A stretch of DNA of 29,792 bases, from IMG/VR virus record IMGVR_UViG_3300012983_000032, positions 1-29,792 of that record. One strand, written 5' to 3'. The stretch is from a virus. Lineage: Duplodnaviria > Heunggongvirae > Uroviricota > Caudoviricetes. The notes under the pieces were generated by a model, which saw nothing but the letters and a program-made list of their open reading frames with translations, had not been told where the DNA came from and searched no databases. Positions 25,504 through 29,792 of this stretch are shown piece after piece (positions within the stretch are counted from its first letter, which is position 1; every line of letters begins with the position of its first letter). The position numbers and the translations under genes were made by a program.

Positions 25504-26649
25504 ATGATTTTACAAGAAAAAAGATTAAAATTAAAAAGAGTAGAAGATATATTAATCGGGAAATTCGATATAAATAATGAGGGATTCAGGCATATAAAGT
25601 CTGTAGGTATTTTCAGTTCTCAGAGCCCAACAAATGCAAAGATAAATGGTTTATCTTTTAATGAATATATAGCCCAAAAAGGTCTTTCTGAGGAAGAGTG
25701 GAATGAAAAAGCATTAAGTGCTGCAAGGAAAGACTTGAAAAAATATCGTTTCCGTATAGTAGACGGACTTTATGAAGGGCATGAAAAAAGTTTTATAGTA
25801 TTAGATATAGAACGAGCAGAAATAGAAAGACTCAGTAGGAAGTTCTGGCAAGAGTCATATATGTTTATTAACCTAGTAGACAAAGTAAACAAAGATATCG
25901 GTTCAGGATTACACTTTGGACAAGACGCAAATGGTAATAATACTCCTAGTCTTACACGTAGAAACAGTGGTAATGAAGCAAGTAAAAATGTAGCTTACAT
26001 GGAAACTTGGATTCGTTCGAGTGACATTTTAGATAAAAATAACAGCAATGTTAATAACAAATATGAACTAATGGAAACTTCTTTTGGTATCAGCATCGAT
26101 AGCTCATATATGAAAGACCCGTCAAATCCTTCTAATGAAGATAAATTTAAATATCAAACAAGAGTTAGTCCTAATTTGGGATTCTCTGCTAAATATAAAA
26201 CATATGATGAAGAACCTTCCAACTTCATAGGCGACCCAATGAATCTTCAACCTAAAAATGAATCTAAGGAGATATTATCAATGTTCGAGAAAATCTATGA
26301 GAATTCAAATAATATAGAATATAAGAAAGGTTGGCAGATAGAAAGGAATAAAAATAATCCTAAAGCACTCCATCAATTATTTTCAAATGATAAAATAATT
26401 CATGGTATTGGTGCAGACTTGAATATCGGTATGGCAGAAAGTCTTGAGACTGCATATGACTTTGCCAGGATATTTAATGAATCTCACTCAGAAGAAGAGA
26501 AAATAAAGTTTGAAGAGGCAAGAATGTCAAAATATGAGATTCTTGAGACATTCAAGCAGTTCTTATTCCACGGTGATACAGACAATGTTCCACCACAGTT
26601 GGTAGACGCAATAAACTCTGTAATCCTAAACGGATATCTAAACTGTTAA
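25504..26649 (+). CDS. Second DUF3293-like domain protein
   Basis: VGIFSSQ...RKDLKKYRFRIVDGLYEGHEKSFIV...LSRKFWQESYM pattern; CTAATTA just before ATG. Confidence 0.5.
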   Translation: MILQEKRLKLKRVEDILIGKFDINNEGFRHIKSVGIFSSQSPTNAKINGLSFNEYIAQKGLSEEEWNEKALSAARKDLKKYRFRIVDGLYEGHEKSFIVLDIERAEIERLSRKFWQESYMFINLVDKVNKDIGSGLHFGQDANGNNTPSLTRRNSGNEASKNVAYMETWIRSSDILDKNNSNVNNKYELMETSFGISIDSSYMKDPSNPSNEDKFKYQTRVSPNLGFSAKYKTYDEEPSNFIGDPMNLQPKNESKEILSMFEKIYENSNNIEYKKGWQIERNKNNPKALHQLFSNDKIIHGIGADLNIGMAESLETAYDFARIFNESHSEEEKIKFEEARMSKYEILETFKQFLFHGDTDNVPPQLVDAINSVILNGYLNC

Positions 26650-26653
26650 CTTC

Positions 26654-26680
26654 AAAGGCTGGTAGAGACCAGCCTTTTTT
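26654..26680 (+). terminator. Intrinsic terminator
   Basis: AAAGGCTGGT-agag-ACCAGCCTTT plus T-run. Confidence 0.85.
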
Positions 26681-26787
26681 ATTTTTGTTAATATATTTCT
26701 ATACTCAAAACAAATAAACGTTCCCTAAGTGAACAAAAACTGAAAAACACGGAAGTGTTAATATCTATAGAGTATAGGAGAAATACA

Positions 26788-27981
26788 ATGATTAAATTTA
26801 AAATTAGCACTGACAACCTTAAAAGACTTTTGACTCTTGGTAATCAGGCAAAAGACTTAACAGCTACAACTAAACCTATCTTCTTTGTAGAAAAAGATAA
26901 ATTGGTTGTACGTCTCTACTCTCTTAAAAACTGTATGGAATACAGTGCAAATATCGAAACAGTTGAAGAAGACCCAGAATGTAATTTCTTTACAATGCCT
27001 CTTGTAGACTTTGGTACTACATTGGATAAGGTTTCATTATCTTGTACAAATGCACTTATTATTTCCGTTGAAAAAGAAGACAATAAGGTAACTTTTGAAA
27101 ATGCCGAGAATGGAACAAAGATTTCCCTTGTCATTTCAAATAGCCAGGTTTCTGATGAGGAAGTTGCCACAGCAATTACTATGATTCAAGATAACCTTAC
27201 AAATTATTTTAATAACTCAAGTGAAGTTAAAATTACACAGGAAGTTATTTCGTTCCTTGACACTGCACAAAAGTTTATGGGTATTACACTCCGTACAAAC
27301 TCTATTGCAGTAAATGGCAACACTGCAAAATACTTCGACTATACTGTAATTATGCAAAAAACTCTTGCTGAAGAAGTTACAGGGTCTGAAGACGTTTATC
27401 TTAGAAAACCTCTTACAGACTTCTTGAAACCTTTTGTTAAAGCAGGTGAAGGTATTGTTGTTAAATTAAACTCTGACTTCTCTCACGCATATATTGATGC
27501 TGTAAATTTTGGATTCAAGGCTATCTTATCATATAATGATACACCTACTTTTGAATTCCCTAGTGAAGAAGATATTCTTAATTTCAGACCAAAGAACAAT
27601 ATTGTTAGAGTTGAAGTAAAGAAAGACGAATTGTCTAAAGTATTTGGAATGTTTAACGGAACATTCAAAAACTCTAACTGGGAATGGAAACCTATTTCAA
27701 TTGCTACACCTTTGGCAAAACTTAATAGTGGTCTTATCTCTTGCCATCACGAAGACAAAACTGCTTCATGTGATACTGATTTGCACGTAAACGTTTTAGA
27801 AAACACTGAAACTTCTGACATTTCAAGTATCAATATCAGTTCGTCAGGTATTTCAGATATCTTGTCTATCATCAATGGGGAAAATGTTACAATTGAGTTT
27901 AACAATAATCCTAATGAACATATTTGGATTGTTTCTGAAACAGATAAACTTAAAGTATTAAGTGTTAAAGTAGAAGACTAA
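26788..27981 (+). CDS. dnaN: DNA polymerase III beta-type sliding clamp
   Basis: About 397 aa, three-domain size. MIKFKISTDNLKRLL and FPSEEDILNFRPKNNIVRVEVKKDELSKVF follow the DnaN pattern. AGGAG RBS before ATG 26788. A dnaX-like gene is in the same window. Confidence 0.65.
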   Translation: MIKFKISTDNLKRLLTLGNQAKDLTATTKPIFFVEKDKLVVRLYSLKNCMEYSANIETVEEDPECNFFTMPLVDFGTTLDKVSLSCTNALIISVEKEDNKVTFENAENGTKISLVISNSQVSDEEVATAITMIQDNLTNYFNNSSEVKITQEVISFLDTAQKFMGITLRTNSIAVNGNTAKYFDYTVIMQKTLAEEVTGSEDVYLRKPLTDFLKPFVKAGEGIVVKLNSDFSHAYIDAVNFGFKAILSYNDTPTFEFPSEEDILNFRPKNNIVRVEVKKDELSKVFGMFNGTFKNSNWEWKPISIATPLAKLNSGLISCHHEDKTASCDTDLHVNVLENTETSDISSINISSSGISDILSIINGENVTIEFNNNPNEHIWIVSETDKLKVLSVKVED

Positions 27982-28005
27982 TCTCATTTTTCATTATTAT
28001 ACTAT

Positions 28006-28033
28006 AATACCCTCTAAACATAGAGGGTATTTT
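28006..28033 (+). terminator. Intrinsic terminator
   Basis: AATACCCTCTA-aaca-TAGAGGGTATT plus TT. Confidence 0.8.
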
Positions 28034-28100
28034 AATTTGTGTTAATATATACTATATCTATAAGTTTGTATAGTTATTTAAACTATACATAGGGAGTATA

Positions 28101-28901
28101 ATGCCAAAAATTAAAAATAAACAGCCAAAAAGACAATTTTATGGTACTATTGAGGAAAAGCCACCTACAGAACAAAAGTTATTTGCTCTACAAGACCAAC
28201 TTTTTGCTGAAAGAAAGAAATATAAGAAAGCAATGGAGGTGTGGACAAAGAATCCAAGCAAATCAAAAAAGCCTATTGACGGTTCTTCCAAAATATGGTC
28301 GGAAATGCTAGAAATTTGTTTCAATTATTCCAAGTCAATGATATTAAAGAGGAATAAAGGAAATAAGTTTATGGAACCCGAAGACGTAGAAGATAAAGCG
28401 ATAGATGCTGCAATATCTTTTATGAACCAATTTTTAAAAAGAGAAGACTTTGAGGTAGGTGCGTCTTTTGCAGGATTAATTAAGTTCAAAATTGTTGAAA
28501 TCCTTTATAAAGGAAGAGAAGACTATCACGTAAGTCTTAATCAAATTATCTCTGACGACTCTAAAACTGAGTTAATTGATAGTTTGGGTGCGGGAAGATT
28601 ACAGTCTGTACTGTGTTCAAATATTAACAACCCAGAAGAAATGCTATTAAAGGAGACTCCTAAGGATATTATTCACGAAGTATTAGAAGAACTTGATGAA
28701 GAAATTGGACATGACTCTTTATTAGCTTTTAAGGTTAGATTATACTTAACAATAATTTTACGTTCACCAAAAACAAGACATATTAAAAGATTATTCCTTG
28801 AACATTGGGCAGAAGACTATAAAACTGAACAAGTCTTAGAGTCTACTATTCTTGAAATTTATAACAGAATGAGGGAGAGTTCTTACCGTGGATACATCTA
28901 A
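28101..28901 (+). CDS. Second sigma-like factor (region 2 only, gp55-like architecture)
   Basis: EDVEDKAIDAAISFM..FEVGASFAGLIKFKI..HVSLNQ resembles sigma regions 2.2-3; no clear region 4. Confidence 0.55.
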   Translation: MPKIKNKQPKRQFYGTIEEKPPTEQKLFALQDQLFAERKKYKKAMEVWTKNPSKSKKPIDGSSKIWSEMLEICFNYSKSMILKRNKGNKFMEPEDVEDKAIDAAISFMNQFLKREDFEVGASFAGLIKFKIVEILYKGREDYHVSLNQIISDDSKTELIDSLGAGRLQSVLCSNINNPEEMLLKETPKDIIHEVLEELDEEIGHDSLLAFKVRLYLTIILRSPKTRHIKRLFLEHWAEDYKTEQVLESTILEIYNRMRESSYRGYI

Positions 28902-29325
28902 TATAAAAAATCCTATCGATGCAAGAAGAGGATTAATGTTAACTTATATAGAGTTTGAAAACATTAAAGGTCACCTTGCTTATTGGGAAAAACAACCAAA
29001 TTATGAGATTTTAAGGAAGTGTGCAAACTTTGAGTTAACTAAAAAATATTTTATAGAGTGGACTCTGCAGTTCCTAAAACAATTCTACCCTAATACAAAA
29101 TATAAGGTTCTCGAATACAAAGAAGATGTAATAAAAGAGTCCTTAGCTACAAATGGTAGAGAAATTATGGACGATGATTATGACACTATTGCTTTCAAGT
29201 TTGAATCTGACCGTCCTGAACTTTATTTGTTGATTCAATCTGGACCAATTATCCTAGATGAATATAGATTTGATGCTTATGACGAGGGTCCTTTTATTCA
29301 TCCTGACTGGGGAGATATAAAATAA
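28888..29325 (+). CDS. Hypothetical protein
   Basis: 145 aa ORF overlapping the upstream stop; GTG start, exact start uncertain. Confidence 0.7.
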   Translation: MDTSNIKNPIDARRGLMLTYIEFENIKGHLAYWEKQPNYEILRKCANFELTKKYFIEWTLQFLKQFYPNTKYKVLEYKEDVIKESLATNGREIMDDDYDTIAFKFESDRPELYLLIQSGPIILDEYRFDAYDEGPFIHPDWGDIK

Positions 29326-29342
29326 TATTTGAATATATTCTA

Positions 29343-29380
29343 AAAAAGTATTGGTACTTAAAACTTTACCAATACTTTTT
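29343..29380. terminator. Bidirectional terminator between convergent genes
   Basis: AAAAAGTATTGGTA/TACCAATACTTTTT inverted repeat. Confidence 0.85.
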
Positions 29381-29387
29381 CAGATTT

Positions 29388-29792
29388 TTAGCCATTCACA
29401 TAATTAAATACAATTTGACAATCCGAAGGAACATATTTATTCCAATCGGAACCTTTAGAAATTGAGTTCCAATGTTCTTCCGTTCCTGTGTAGTTTATCG
29501 TTCTTAATTTTGTACAATTATAGAAAGCATATTTACCAATTTTAATAACACCATCTGGGATAGTTATACTTGTTAGACTTGAACAACTATAGAAAGCATT
29601 GTCATCAATAGAAGTTACACTATCTGGAATATCTATATTTTCAAGACTTGTACAATTTTGGAAAGCCTTCCTACCAATAGAAGTTACACTGTTTGGAATA
29701 GTTATACTTGTTAGACTTTTACAATAAGAGAAAACATGGTTACCAATAGAAGTTACACTTCCACTTCCAAAGTCTAAGTAAATTTTACAGTC
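29388..29792 (-). CDS. BspA-type leucine-rich repeat (LRR_5) protein, 3' part (start outside window)
   Basis: Manual translation: 23-aa repeats such as SLTSITIPNSVTSIGRKAFQNCT, ending YTGTEEHWNSI...VFNYVNG*. Absent from the ORF track. Confidence 0.92.
   Translation of the reverse strand, partial: DCKIYLDFGSGSVTSIGNHVFSYCKSLTSITIPNSVTSIGRKAFQNCTSLENIDIPDSVTSIDDNAFYSCSSLTSITIPDGVIKIGKYAFYNCTKLRTINYTGTEEHWNSISKGSDWNKYVPSDCQIVFNYVNG

Noticed and set aside
8689-28324. Remaining short overlapping ORFs in the track (for example 8689, 11649, 12199, 12865, 16452, 16708, 16812, 17284, 17559, 17579, 18419, 18477, 19264, 20042, 20128, 21010, 21476, 21577, 22169, 22789, 22898, 23784, 24367, 26916, 27483, 28139)
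   Set aside because: All lie within or opposite longer motif-supported or RBS-supported genes; no independent support.
29388-29792. Diversity-generating retroelement or nucleotide repeat array in the LRR gene
   Set aside because: The repeats (GTGTAACTTCTATTG etc.) reflect 23-aa LRR periodicity. No reverse transcriptase or adenine-specific template/variable repeat pair was seen in the window.

Overview
AT-rich segment that looks like a large (jumbo-type) tailed phage genome. Evidence: T4 gp13-like neck protein, RecA/UvsX, DnaX-like clamp loader, DnaN-like clamp, two sigma-like factors, MoxR AAA+/vWA pair, three methyltransferase-like genes, MetK, BspA-type LRR proteins and many hypotheticals. 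Main results: (1) A family of tnpB-only IS200/IS605 elements whose ends can be mapped exactly (target/TAM TTTAT, IS608-like left-end geometry, right end TTCAA). One complete copy (6026-7594, -) interrupts codon 7 of a phage gene. A second copy (1-1121, +) appears inserted inside the tnpB gene of a third copy (remnant 1122-1365, -), so its guide RNA should target a sister tnpB. (2) The element left end carries both recurring phage promoter-like motifs, a bidirectional terminator, a conserved 7-codon mini-ORF and an outward GTG that restores the interrupted gene's frame. (3) metK needs a +1 shift at CCC-TGA-C to rebuild its GHPD motif (programmed frameshift or indel error). All product calls come from motif recognition by eye; no database search was run.
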